A DNA stretch of 40,861 nt, taken from assembly GCA_013115125.1 (NCBI GenBank), contig JABANN010000305.1, positions 1-40,861 on the forward strand, given 5' to 3'. Source of the stretch: Perkinsus olseni (taxonomy: Eukaryota). A program made the position numbers and the translations under genes. The notes below the pieces were generated by a model. The model was not told where the DNA came from. It did no database searches and saw only the letters and a program-made list of their open reading frames with translations. Below are positions 22,582 to 34,797 of the stretch, one piece after another (the first letter of the stretch is position 1; each line of letters opens with the position of its first letter).

Positions 22582-24345
22582 TTATTGTTGCTGGGTAGCG
22601 TCATCGGCCGCGGACTTGGCAGGGGCATCAGTTCCTGCTGCAGCTGCAGGCGCGTCCTTGGAGGCCTCAGGTGCGGTACTGCCAGCAGCCTGACAGAGTA
22701 GGGCTGATGACTGAGGATCTACCGAGCTGCCATGCTTACCTGCGGGGGACCCAACCAGCGAACTCTGTGGCCATCTTCCCACTCGCCTTCTCGGACCTGA
22801 ATAGCAGCTAATCGAGAAAAGAGAGTAACGGCAGGAGTAGCTAGTACCTCTCCCTTGGCTGTTCGATAAATACCACGACCGTTCTGCTTTCCAGCCTTCC
22901 AGCCACCTTCATACCTACAAATGAAAGCATTGGTTCATCTTGAGGAGCCCGTGCGCGGGCCCAGACTTACCGACGACCATCCGGCCATGTGAACACTCCG
23001 TGGCCGTCCTTCTGGTCATTCACGTACTGTCCCTCGTATCTGGTGGTACGGACGATGTCACCGGTGGTGACACGAGCAGTAACAAATACTACTTCCGTCC
23101 GTCAACCCAGATGAAAGTTCCCTTGCCGTGCATTCGGTTGTCCTTCCATTCACCTTCATATTTGCGGCCATCACCTGCTCATGAGCAATGAGAGTCCAGC
23201 GGTGGGCTGCTGAGGGGCCTTACCCCAGCTGTAGGTGCCGTAGCCTTCAATGTCGTTATTGACGAAGGAACCCTCATAAACTGAGTTGTCAGTCCACGAG
23301 AACCGACCGTGGCCGTCCTGAGACAGAATATGCACTGTTATGTTAACAACGAAGATGATGGTTACTCAACCCACCTTCTTGCCATTCTTGTACTCTCCTT
23401 CGTACTTGGCTCCATCAGGCCAGTCCTCCCGGCCGAAGCCGTCTTGTTTATCATCCTTCCACTGACCAGTATACCTAAATTGTAATATTATCCCGGAGAC
23501 CCCGTCACAGCTAGAAGCCTGTCATGCTCTCACCTGCTGCCATCAGCGTGATAGTAAGTGCCCTGACCATCAGCCTTGTCGTCCTTCCACTCACCATCGT
23601 ATATATCACCATCAGCATGTGTGAATTTACCTACCATCGCCACTCAGCAGGGACTGTCCAGCAGGCTTGGCACTTACCCTTGCCACAAGCCTTATCGCTC
23701 TTCCATTCTCCTTCGTACTTAGCACCATCAGGCCACACCTGAACGCCGTACCCATCCCGTGAGTTGCCCGACCATTCACCAGTGTATCTGCATGAAGGGA
23801 GAGCATCGAACAAGGAGATCCAAGGACTATAATCAGCATTACATTGCGCCATTCTCACACTTGAAAGGTGCTCTCTTCTCCCGGGCTCCTCCTGCCGCTC
23901 CAGCAGCCGTAGTAGCAGCTACTTCACCATTCGCTGAACCTGCCAGACAAATACTCAATCGAGCGTATTTCATTGGAGCTAGAGTATTAGAAAACGTTGA
24001 GCGAGGACTACCGTGCGGAGACGCGGCCCTACTATTATCAGCAGTAGTCGCTGTAGGGCCTTGACGTTGATGTTGGTCATCGTTGGTAGCCCCAGCACCA
24101 CCTGAAGCAGCGCCAGCAGCAGCAGCCGCGGCGGCTCCCCCTTGGGAGTCGTTGGCGGTCGGCCGAGGGCTACTACTGCTAGTAGTGGCATTGTGAGAAT
24201 TACCAGCTGCCGCTGCTGCTGCTGCTGATGCATCTTGCTGTTGCTGTTGGGAGGCATCCTTGGGTGGCCTTGTGGGGGCTGATGCTGCGTTACTAGGCTC
24301 CTGAGGTGCCTCATGTTTGCTACCGAGGCAAGCGCAATTTCCCAT
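22582..24345 (-). CDS. MORN-repeat protein with N-terminal myristoylation/palmitoylation motif, multi-exon
   Basis: Starts MGNCACLG, then an A/Q/S-rich linker, then 9 full MORN repeats (e.g. [68 protein letters not shown]) and a partial tenth ([13 protein letters not shown]). All junctions are GT-AG. Ala-rich tail to the stop at 22582. Confidence 0.92.
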
Positions 24346-25093
24346 TGTTAAAAAGCTTTGATATTAATGTAACCGAGGAGACCTCTACTGAAGACACCGC
24401 AATACGCAAGAGAATCCACTTACCACCACCTGAGAGCTATAGACGACCCAGAGACGAAGAAGGTTGCTTTCACGGACTACTAAGAGAGAGAGGGCGAAGA
24501 CAGTACGACTACAGTGCGGTAGAGTGACTCTGCTGATGCTGTGTGTAAGTTTGTTCGTAGGACAGATCACACAATTCCTGTCCGAAGCTAGAAAACTGTA
24601 AGAAAATCGCGCTGAAAAGTTAATTTCCATTCATGACGATGTAATTGATGATAGGAGGATGATAACGATGAGAGGAGACCTGCAGGTATCACTATTTACT
24701 AGCGTCGGCGCTCGTGGCGCATGAAAGGCAATAATGAGGAGCCAAATTTTCAGTAGCACTACTGTCTACTTGAGATCTGACGATGAGGCTCGGCAGGCTC
24801 GTCATCTCAGTTGACGTCTAGGAGAGTCCTCTGCTGCGAGTAAGTTTAGTGATGAAGTGGAACGAAATGTTGAAGTGCTTAAGTTGTAAGATCCACAAGG
24901 AACAATGGCTCGGAGATCGCTCGCCAGGGCGTAGCGAGATTGGCATCTTCAGTGCGTACCTTGAAAGTTTTGTGTAGAAGATACGCTTTCTCTTCTTGGC
25001 GGAACTCTATGGCGAAGTAATCGCGGTAAAGTGCTGGTCACACTGTCCGTGATACTGGCTGAACTCTCAGTTGTCTTTGAAAGTTTTCCGCGA

Positions 25094-28000
25094 ATGCGAT
25101 TTTCGCGTCTAATCGCCATCCTCTTTTTACCCCTTCTGGCGGTCATCGCCGAGGAGCAAGCTGGTACGTCGTCAAAGTCCCTGCTCGCAACTTCCCTTCC
25201 ATCTTATCATCCCTTCAGTCGACAGCACCTCTGAACTCTCCGCCGAGTACGAAGAACATGCTGAGAAACACGAGTTTCAGGTGAGTCTCCGGGAAGGCAC
25301 TCTAGCCGAGACGCTGCACTTTGTTGTTGCAGGCTGAGGTCAGTCGTCTGATGGACATCATCATCAACTCCCTTTACACTCACAAGGAGGTTTTCCTTCG
25401 CGAGCTCATCTCGAATGCTGCCGATGCTCTTGAGAAGGCGAGGTGAGTGAAGCGCTTCTTGCCCCGTCCGTCATTCGACGTACCCTTCCTCCTGCTAAGG
25501 TACAATAGTCTTCAAGATCCCGAGTACTTGAAGGAGAAGCCGGACCTGGGCATCAAGATCGACTACGATGATAACGCCAACACGCTCACTATTATCGATT
25601 CTGGTATCGGCATGACCAAGGCGGACCTCATCAACAACCTGGGAACTGTTGCCAAGTCTGGCACTAGCAACTTCTTGGAAGCCATGGCTGAGGGAGGTGA
25701 GCCGAACAAGCATGCAAATGAGTGCTATGTTGTGCTGCAGGTTCGGACGCCAACCTGATCGGCCAATTTGGTGTCGGCTTTTATTCGGCCTTCCTGGTCG
25801 CGGACAAAGTCACCGTAGCGTCGAAGAACAATGACGATCCTGAACAGCATATCTGGGAGTCTAGTGCTGATGCTAGTTTTTCTGTCGGCCCGGATCCTCG
25901 TGGCGATACCCTTGGTCGCGGAACGGAAATCACCCTCCATTTGAAGGAAGATGCTCATGAATATCTTGAAGAGGTGAGTTACTCTCCTTGTCTGCGACGT
26001 AGATCTTTCACGCGTTACTGCATTGCTAGGGGTAACAACTTCTTTCAGAGCCGCCTGAAAGATCTCGCGACGAAGTACTCCCAGTTTGTGCCGTACCCTA
26101 TCTCGTTGAAGACCAAGAAGGAAGTGGAGTCCGATATTGACGAGGAGGAGTCTGATGAAGAGACTGATAAGGAGGATACTGACGTGAGTGGAGTTTTTCT
26201 TGTGGATGAATGTTCCATTTGTATGGCATGTGAGCTCAGGTTGAAGTGAAGGACGAGTATGAGGTTGAAGACGAAGACGAGGAGAAGGAGAAGCCTAAGA
26301 AGAAGGAAACTGTTTACGACTACGAGCAGGTGAGGGTATTTGTAATTGTAGAGTGTGGAGATTCTCGTGCTCTCCCGGTCAGGTTAACACACAGAAGGCG
26401 CTCTGGTTGAGGGACAAGGATGAGATCTCTGATGAGGATTATGAGCAGTTCTATATGGTATGACGATGCCGGGAATGTAGACTGTTTTTCGACAAGTGTC
26501 CTCGTCACCTATTGTAGGCAATCGCCAAGGACCACATGGGCCCTCTTGCCTACACCCACTTCAGTGCCGAAGGGGAGATCGAATTCAAGGCCATTCTCTT
26601 CATTCCTAAGAAGGCTCCATACAACTTCATGGAGAACTACTGGGAGAAGAAGTCTGAGATCAAACTTTATGTTCGCAGAGTAAGTTGGCCAGAGGTCGAT
26701 CTCGCGCCGACTCTGCAGTGGCCCCGTGTGCTGTTCAGGTTTTGGTGGCTGACAAGTTCGACGAACTCTTGCCTCGCTATCTTAACTTCATTACTGGTGT
26801 TGTCGACTCTGACGATCTCCCGCTCAATGTGAGTCTCTGAGTTCGCTTGTTGGTGTCGAGAGGTATGCCGACTTTCTACTCTCAGGTGTCACGTGAGCAG
26901 CTACAGCAGAACAAGATTTTGAAGGTCATTTCTAAGAAGCTGGTCAGAAAGGTTCTGGAGATGATCAAGAAATTGGCTCTGGTAGTAGTTGCTATGATGC
27001 TGGGATCTCGTGGTATCTCGCTTTCAGGAAGATGAGAAGTTGAAGGCGGAGCAGGCCAAGGTTAGTGATGAGGAAGAGGAGGAGGATAAGAGCTCCAAGG
27101 ACAAGGAAACTGACTGGGGTAAGGCAGCCTTGAAAATGTCACGGTTAATACCCCGCTCACTCAGACAAGTTTTACTCGGCGTTCGGCGATAATCTTAAGC
27201 TTGGCTGCTACGAGGATGACGCCAACCGCTCGAAAATCGCCAAGCTTCTCCGTTTCAAGACCACTAAGAGTGGTGATAAGGTTATCTCCCTTGATAAGTA
27301 AGCTCATAACTCTCGCCCGTCACGGGTGTTGGTATACGGTTTTTTCAGGTACGTTGAGGATATGGATGAGAATCAGGACTCGATCTATTACATGAGTGGT
27401 GAAACCATTGATGTGAGCGAGAGGATTTCAGGTTGCTCGATATCTCGACGGTGGTTCTCCTGTCAGGTTATGAAGAAGAATCCATCCTTGCAGATTTTCA
27501 ATAAGAAGGGTATCGAGGTGCTGCTTCTCGACAACCAGTTGGATGAGCCATGTGAGAAGTTATTCTACGTCTCTGTTCGTGTTGTGATTGTCGTCGGTGT
27601 GCAGGCATGCAGCGTCTTACCGATTATGACGGTAAGAAGCTCGTATCCATCCAGAAGGCTGATGTCAAACTTGATGAGACCGAGGACGAGAAGAAACGCT
27701 TCTCGAAGCTTCAGAAGATGTAACTGTCCCGTAGATCCTTCCCGTTCTTGTGGTGATCGTTCTGTGTGTAGGTACAAGCCTTTGACTAAGTGGTACAAGG
27801 ATATACTCGCGAAGGCCTCCAAGGAGGATCCCGAGGCCAACTACAACTACGGTGTCGCGGCTGTTACCACCTCCAAGAGGCTCGTCGATGCTCCTTGCGT
27901 TGTGGTGTCGGACCAGTTCGGGTAGTGGTGGCTGTATAGGAGTATTCGAGTGAGGTTCTCCTCCACAGGTATACTGCTCAACAGGAGAAGATTATGAGAG

Positions 28001-28607
28001 CTCAGGCCTTCCAGGACAAGACGCAACTCCAAATGATGACTGGTCGCCGTACATTAGAGCTCAACCCTGACCATCCCGTCATCAAGGACCTGCTTGAGAA
28101 GGTATTATATGGGCTGGTGGTGAGGAGAGATTACTGGGTACTATTCAGGTTAAGGAGGACAAGGCCGACAAGAATGCTGAGGATACTGCAGTCGTACTCT
28201 TCCAGGCGGCTATGCTCGACTCTGGATACGAGATTGTCGATCCTCATGCGCTTGTTAAGAAGGTAACTTTGTCCTTGTTGTCGCCGCTGTTCAACCATCT
28301 TTCGCAGGTCTACTCTCTCATGAGCGAATCTCTCGGTGTTGACCCCAGCACTCCTGTCGAGGAGGTAGTAGACGTTCCGTAACGTATTTCTGTGACCGGG
28401 CGTTTCGCAGGTTGAAGTACCGGAGGACGAGGAGGAAGTAGAGGAGCCATCCGAGGAGGAGAGTGATATTGACAACGCCACCACCACTACTGAGGAGCCC
28501 GAGGAGGACTTCACTACAGAGGAGGAAGCTTCTGTGGTGAGTGTTGGTGGTCATTCGCGCGCTTCCCTGTATGCGGTGTCTTCCAGGAGTCGGATGATGA
28601 GCTGTGA
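25094..28607 (+). CDS. HSP90B1: Endoplasmin / GRP94 (ER HSP90), 22 exons
   Basis: Signal peptide [24 protein letters not shown]90 motifs [102 protein letters not shown] and [11 protein letters not shown]-terminus ESDDEL-stop. I traced 21 in-phase GT-AG introns. Confidence 0.97.
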
Positions 28608-28977
28608 GAAGGGCGCCGTGGATGGTGCGGAAGCAAGACACCCCGGCAGTCAAGTAATTTTTTAGGCGACTGTGATGCTGTTGATCGGAGCTCATCACAT
28701 TCAGCTCTGTTTCTCAATTCAAGGGTGTAGCGTTGATGTTACTCAGTGGGTTGCTCGGTATGTGTCGACCTGTTGCCGTGGTGATCATTGTTCGTCTTGT
28801 TCACTGAACAAGACGGCGCGCTTCTGGTTCATCAGAAGAGGGATGCTGTCCGGCAGCAGCTGTCGAACAATCCTCTCTGAATTTGAGTGTCCCTCGTATC
28901 CTCCCTCGTATCGTTAAACTGCATTATGACTCCATTGCCAGGCGTAGTAGTTGGTTTTACTGTTCTGGCTGCTGATA

Positions 28978-31900
28978 ATGTCAAGCAGCCCCCGAGCAGG
29001 TGGTGGCCTCTACCGGCCCCGAGGGCATCATCGTAAGCGATGGCCAGTAGCAGTCGATGGACGTGGTCATCGTTACCGTATACCGGCTGGAAAAGGCGCG
29101 AACGATGGGGTAGTAGGGGTTTGAGCGGAGGGAAAACCAGGGGAATCGGGCAGGCTGCGCTCGTCTGTAGTCTTCGTTGGCTAGCCTTCTATATCAGAGG
29201 CAGTAGTGTTATTCTGTCGAGCTCTTCTTGTGTCAGTCCTCTGTTACTTCCCCTACACTATCGAGTACTACACAGGAAAACCCCTACTCCTCGTCCTCTT
29301 CCTCGAAGTATTGTAGTTTACCCGAACCTCCAGAGACTGTTACTGATCATGCTAGTACATCGAGTAGCTCAGTGAGCCGCACTCCCTGCGCATCTGGCTC
29401 CGTTGTGGATACTTCTACTTCCCTGGGCCCGCTATCGTCCGTCTCGGCCCGAGCTCTCACTCTGGCTATCCCGCGAGGGTACTTGTCGATAAAAGATGTC
29501 GTTAAATGCAGCGAACTGGTCTGCTCACGATGGCGTTCTTTTGGGCAGAGGAAGTGGCTGAAGCTGGCCGTCTGCCATTGCTCGGTGGAGGACGGTGAGG
29601 AGCGTCGGTGGTTCTGGATGAACTACTGCGGCCGTGTACGCGAGTTGCCGTTGCTGCGTGAATTCGACGGGGATATTCGGAAGTGTTACGACTACTACGT
29701 TCACGCCGGCGTGGATGAGTATAGCGAGTTGGAGCACGAGATCGCTCGGGACGTCCGCCGCACTCTACCCACGCACGAGCTATTCGTCAGAGACCAGGGA
29801 GGGATTCACGAGAAGTTGAAAAATGTCCTCATCGCTGTGGCCAACGCGAACCCGACAGTCGGGTACGAGAGCCACTCGGCTGCGCGACAAGACTATCCTC
29901 AGATACTGTCAAGGCATGAACTTCATAGCGGCGGTGCTGCTCCTGCATCTGGGCCTCGATCCGGCCAATGCGTTCATCATGATGCAGTGTTTGCTGGACA
30001 ACTACCATTACAGATATCTCTTCTCGCCCGGCGTGCCGCTACTGCCTCTCAGAATGTAGTGCGGTGGGCTTGATTTGGTGGTTTTGTGGTATTGCTACTC
30101 CTCAGGAGGCAATTTTCCTGCGTTGCCCGGAAGAACCTCCCCGCGTTGTGGCATCATCTCAACAGCCATTCCTTCACGATGGACGTATTCTCTCAGCAAT
30201 GGGTGATGACTCTATTCGGCTACTACGTGGACGCTGACTTCCTCAAGTACGTTTATGACCTCTTCTTCCTTTGCGGGTGGAAGGCTGTGTTCAAAACTGG
30301 TGAGTTGGTGGAGGGGGGCGATTCGTAGCCGGACGGGATCTAGTAGGGATGGCTATCCTGGCGGCATTGGAGCCGAAGATCCTGAAGATGAATATGGAGG
30401 AGATCTCTCGCTACATGCAGGTTAGGAGTGGACGAGCGCGAGAGGCGGAGAAGTCGTCTGTTGTTTAGAATTCAAAGCATGGTACGGACTTTATGAGAGC
30501 TGAAGATGATACTGGCAGAAGGTTGGCCCAGGAGAGAGCGATGTTGAAGATACTCAACGGGTGTAAGGTAGTAGTGCTGCTATTGCCAGGCAAAGGGGTT
30601 CATGCTGCCAGCATGATGCTGGTAGGGGGTCATCAGCACGTCAGGTGACCAATCGTGACTTAATAGAGTACGCTGGGGAGTTCCAGACAGCCCGGCTACT
30701 CGAGGCGATCAAGAACATCCCCGCTAGTCTGTTAGAGTCCAGTAGGCATTGACTTTGTCAGCTGGGCTGGGAGTTGGAGCTCATGCACGCAACCAGGTGA
30801 TGTCGAGCCAGTAGAGCAGCATGATGATCTCTCCTCGTCGTCGCGGTCTTTACGAGAGAGGCTGAGTGATGGCATCAGCACAATCCAAGGGGCCATAATG
30901 AGGAGGCCTGGTACCAATGGGGAGACGGGGAGCCATCTGTCGGTGGGAGGGGGTAACGAGAAGCAGACGGATGATGATGAAGCTCGAGTGGGGTTGAGCA
31001 GTGGCACCAGGTGTTTGCATCGGTTTGGTGATCGCAGGTAGACTCGCCGATAGCGCTGGGTGTAATAGGATTCTCAGTGGAGCCCCCGGGGGACCTGGTC
31101 ATCGACACTAATGCTTTGATCACCAAAAACAAGCCGCTGTGGCGCGAAGGACGACCGTCCAGAGACTGTACGACCGCTGTGTTGATTGCCCCGATGTACT
31201 GAGCTCGTTCTCAGCACCGGGGAGCTCCTCCCTACGAGTACCATTGCGGCAAGTGTGCGAACTGAAGCACGCTATCAAAGCGCGCAACGACCAGCTCGGA
31301 CAGGACATGGCGGCGCTCACGACGAGGCTCTCTAATTTCGAAGTACCGAACTTGCTGCCCGAACTCGCAACCGTCAATAATCTCTGATCTCTCAGACGCA
31401 GAAGCTCCTTCCGGCAGAGAAGCATCGGGACGACCTCGCAATCTTCAGAGATCGTGCACTGGCGCGGTACCGCATGCTGCAGCAGCGGAAGCTTGTCCTG
31501 TCGGCGAAGCTGCAGGAGCGGGCTCGGGAGTCTGTCACGCCGGAGAGTCCACCGCCTGTCATATCAGCAGCCGACCTCTCGCCGTTCTCTCGGACGACAC
31601 CCGTGGCCAATCTTACACAGCGGCGCGACTCTGCTGACTTCATCATCAGCAGGAGGGAATCGTTAGACGATATGGCCCTTCTGGGAGTACCGCCGTCCCC
31701 CACCAGCCTTCGGTACCGAGACTCGAGCACTGTAGATGACGTGAAAGAGGGCGAGCCACTGCAGGTAGGCCACGGCTCATCATCGACAGCGAACTTGTGT
31801 TTCCGCCCAGAGAACACTGGAGAGGGTGATTCAAGTTGAGAGGGAGTGCCATACCGCCAAGGAGGCCCTTTCCCAGAGGAGCAAGGAATATGCAGCCGCC

Positions 31901-32162
31901 CTGAACGAGTAGGTGGGGGAGCTCGTGAGCAGAGGAGCTCATAATGTCGCAGATGTCGCGAATTAGAAGAGGTGAAGAAACGCTACGTCCAACAGACGAC
32001 GCAGTTTATGTCCGACATGGAAGTCACGATCCAAGAGTTGGTGGGTGGCGGGCTGGACCACCCTCTTGAGGGAGGAATGTTGCGGTGCTGCTTCCTCAGG
32101 TTTGGTCGACGATAGGCGGGTCAGCTTATCGGCCGCGGCAGTCCTCTCCCAGGCGGCATTGA
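28978..32162 (+). CDS. TBC-domain Rab GTPase-activating protein with N-terminal F-box-like motif and C-terminal coiled coil, multi-exon
   Basis: TBC motifs: RRWFW, EIARDVRRT (IxxDxxR arginine finger, 29741), VGYCQGMNFIAAVLL (YxQ glutamine finger, across an intron), LPALWHHL, WVMTLF and YDLFFLCGWKAVFKTGMAIL. Downstream exons splice in phase into coiled coils. The first exon and last stop are approximate. Confidence 0.88.
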
Positions 32163-32276
32163 AGCCAGTGTTGTCTTGTGTAGTTCCAACAATTGTCTCA
32201 ATATTTTTGATATAGGAAGGCTTGTGTTCATCCAGTAGAGGAAAACTCGAACTCAACACGACAGAGGCGAAGGTGA

Positions 32277-33291
32277 TCACTGAGTAGGGCATGCAGCACT
32301 AGCAGCACTGCCAGCATCTATCTTCCTCGTCTGCCGTCCACGACGGGGCTCTCTGCTCACCGGCCCCAATGAGAACTTAGGCCTGCCATTTGGCATGCCT
32401 GGGTTGGTGCTGCAGTTGCTCGAATCGTGGGAGTCCACGTCGCCCGATCGAAACGAGGCCCGCGAGGAGGCCTCGCTGACGCATCCTGGCGAGAACCTCA
32501 CGTCAGCTACGTTCTTGCTTGCATACCCGCTCCTCCGAGACCTCAAGGAACTTCTAGGCTCCGTCTGGAGCTCCGAGGTCATCGGCTTCACAGGTGTGAA
32601 TTTGCGCTGCTGTGCAGCATCCACGGTAGAACACTCGCTCGTATCGTACGTCTCAAAGTAGCCCGATCGTTGGGTAGAGCTCGTCGTGGGCGCCAAACCA
32701 AGCTCTACATCGAGGGACGGTGGAGGGGACGTCGTGACAGTGGTATGATGAGGCTGCTTCGGCGCAGCTTCTGCCTCGTCGTTCTCTAGTGCCCATGAGA
32801 TGGCGCTGGCTAGGGCCTGTCGGAGATGCTGTATGGTCTGTTCCCGGTCAACGAGCAGTAGTGCCCCATCTCGAGCCCTGTCCTCCAGCTCTCGTTTGAG
32901 TCGGGCATTCTCGAGCCGTAGCCTATCGAGCTCCCTGAGAGACCGCTCCGCCTCGAGTGATGCTTCTCGCTCCAACTGTCGAGAAACCTCAAGATCGGTT
33001 GACGCGGATGAAAGTTCGCGCTGTCGCTGCCGCAGACCTTCGACTGCCTGAAAAGGGACTGTACAGGAACAACTACCAAGGGAAATTCACTTCTGCCAAC
33101 TGGGCCTTCAAGTTGGCCCTCTCTCTTTCCAGGCGATCTATCTCATCGGCCATCCTGGTCTCAGTCAGCTTTCGACGATGGAGTTCCTTCAACAGTCGGG
33201 TGCACTCCTCCGAAGAGCCCCTCTTGGAGCCCGGCGGAGTGGCGATGCTAAAATTCTGACTCTCCTCGCTTCCCCATACGGCGTTGGACAT
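32277..33291 (-). CDS. Hypothetical coiled-coil protein (2 exons)
   Basis: ORF 33073-33291 joins ORF 32277-32975 via GT-AG intron 33048-33090, giving a continuous heptad-rich segment (DEIDRLERERANLKAQLAEAVEGLRQRQRELS...LRELDRLRLENARLKRELE) and a Ser/Thr-rich tail. Confidence 0.75.
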
Positions 33292-33362
33292 GAATCAGGA
33301 GGGAGTCTGCGGTAAGATGCGTCAATGCAGAAACTAAACTCAACCCAGTGCGAGCGCTACTG

Positions 33363-34669
33363 TCATATCTTGACGGTATTCGGTCTCAAATTGTTGATGA
33401 TCCATTCTGTCATGGTGGTACGCTCGGGTATTTTTTCAGAGGGTCTGGCGCTGAGACTGGCCCTTACACCTCTGTCGAGGCCCGCCATCGGCGGCAACTT
33501 CACTGGAGCAGGGTGGGTAGCGGCATAGTTGCGTATCCCGTATTTGGTGTTTGGCCGTAGGCCGAAGGGCAGACCATCCCCACGGCTGTCGCTAGTAGCA
33601 CTCGCAACCGGTGGGTCCTCGATGAGCCCTGATTCTCGCCATTCCGCAATCTTCTGCTTGATGAGTTGCCGCCGTCTGAGAACAGTCATAGTAATACTAA
33701 CAGGCCGCCAGTTTCTGAGGACCAGCGACCTACCTAGCGTCTCGCTGAGCTGCCAGTTTGGCCCTTATCCTGTCAGCTTCCTCCTTCTGTTCTCTGCTCT
33801 CCTTTATCATCTCCCTATCCAGCTCGTACTCATACAGTCGCTCCTTGAGGATCTCGGCTCTTCTCCTCCTGGCCGCCTCTTGCCTTCTACGCAGCCTTTC
33901 CTCGGCCTGCACGGAGCACACTGAGTCCCAGTCGCATTAGACGGTTCACTTTTCGCTCCTCCAATGCCTCTAGATCCTTCTTCTGTGCTTGGCGAAGTTT
34001 CTCCTCTCTCCAGAGGTTTATCAGCTCCCTCTTTTCCTCGCGGGACTTCGACTATGGAGGGGTTGGGTCAGCCCGATCGGCAAAAGAGAGCAGAGTCTGC
34101 CCAGCAGACTCACCTTTATCCGGACACGGCGAGTCCTGCCAGACTTGTGCGCCGCACTCAGGAAACTGTCGGCGCCGAAGGTTCGATAAAATTTAGGCGG
34201 TAGAAGGGACCTGACAAACTCCGGGACAGGGAGTCTGCTCGGTGCAAGCCCAGTAATAACCTCAAGTGGCTTTCAAAGTCGTACAACGCAGAGCTGGGAC
34301 GATTATTCTTGGGGAAGCCTGCTGACTTATCAGCCCTACGCGTGTCTGATAAACCGAAACCAGAAGCAGTTGTATACTGAGGCGCATTCGGGGCGTTCTA
34401 TTACTACCTTCGGGTGAATACCCCTCGATTGACGGTCCCTTCAAGCTATTATCCCTGGTTGACCCGAAGCTAGACCTGAACGCCCCTGAGCGACTGTTGC
34501 AACTGTCCTCGAAGAAACGGCGCCGCCGTGTTGAGGACTACCCAATGAGGTCCGGCTCAGGAGAGCTCCGTAGAGATTCAAGCGCTTCCTGGTCGAGTGG
34601 AGGTGCCTATGCCCAGCACATGCAGGCAGCCTCGCGTATGGCGGCGGACTGCGGTACCTTAACAGTCAT
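33363..34669 (-). CDS. Hypothetical charged helical/coiled-coil protein, multi-exon
   Basis: In-phase exons: MTVK|APPLDQEALESLRSSPEPDLIG|SSFGSTRDN...|TRRADKSAGF...LYDFESHLR|SLLPPKFYRTFG...RIK|SKSREEKRELINLWREEKLRQ...|AEERLRRRQEAARRRRAEILKE...|ITMTVLRRRQLIKQKIAEWRE. The start codon is uncertain. Confidence 0.65.
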
Positions 34670-34797
34670 GTTTCTGTGTCCATCGCCATCAGGAATGGAA
34701 GGCGATTCCTGCCCAACTTCCCATAGAATTCACCAACTCAACCATCAAGACCAACTTCTCAGAAACACTCCCGCAGAGCATGCCACCGAAAAATATG

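Noticed and set aside
22800..23800. MORN gene as a phosphatidylinositol-4-phosphate 5-kinase
   Set aside because: This is a common annotation carry-over. No kinase domain is present in the spliced model.
24771..24809. Hairpin TGAGA..TGACGA...TCGTCA-TCTCA containing CTGACGA in the MORN/GRP94 divergent spacer, considered as a hammerhead ribozyme
   Set aside because: No GAAA core or three-stem geometry, and the CTGACGA is itself paired.
24924..24943. ERSE-like CCAAT-N9-CCCTG on the - strand upstream of GRP94
   Set aside because: Two mismatches to CCACG, and ATF6-type regulation is not known in alveolates. Likely chance.
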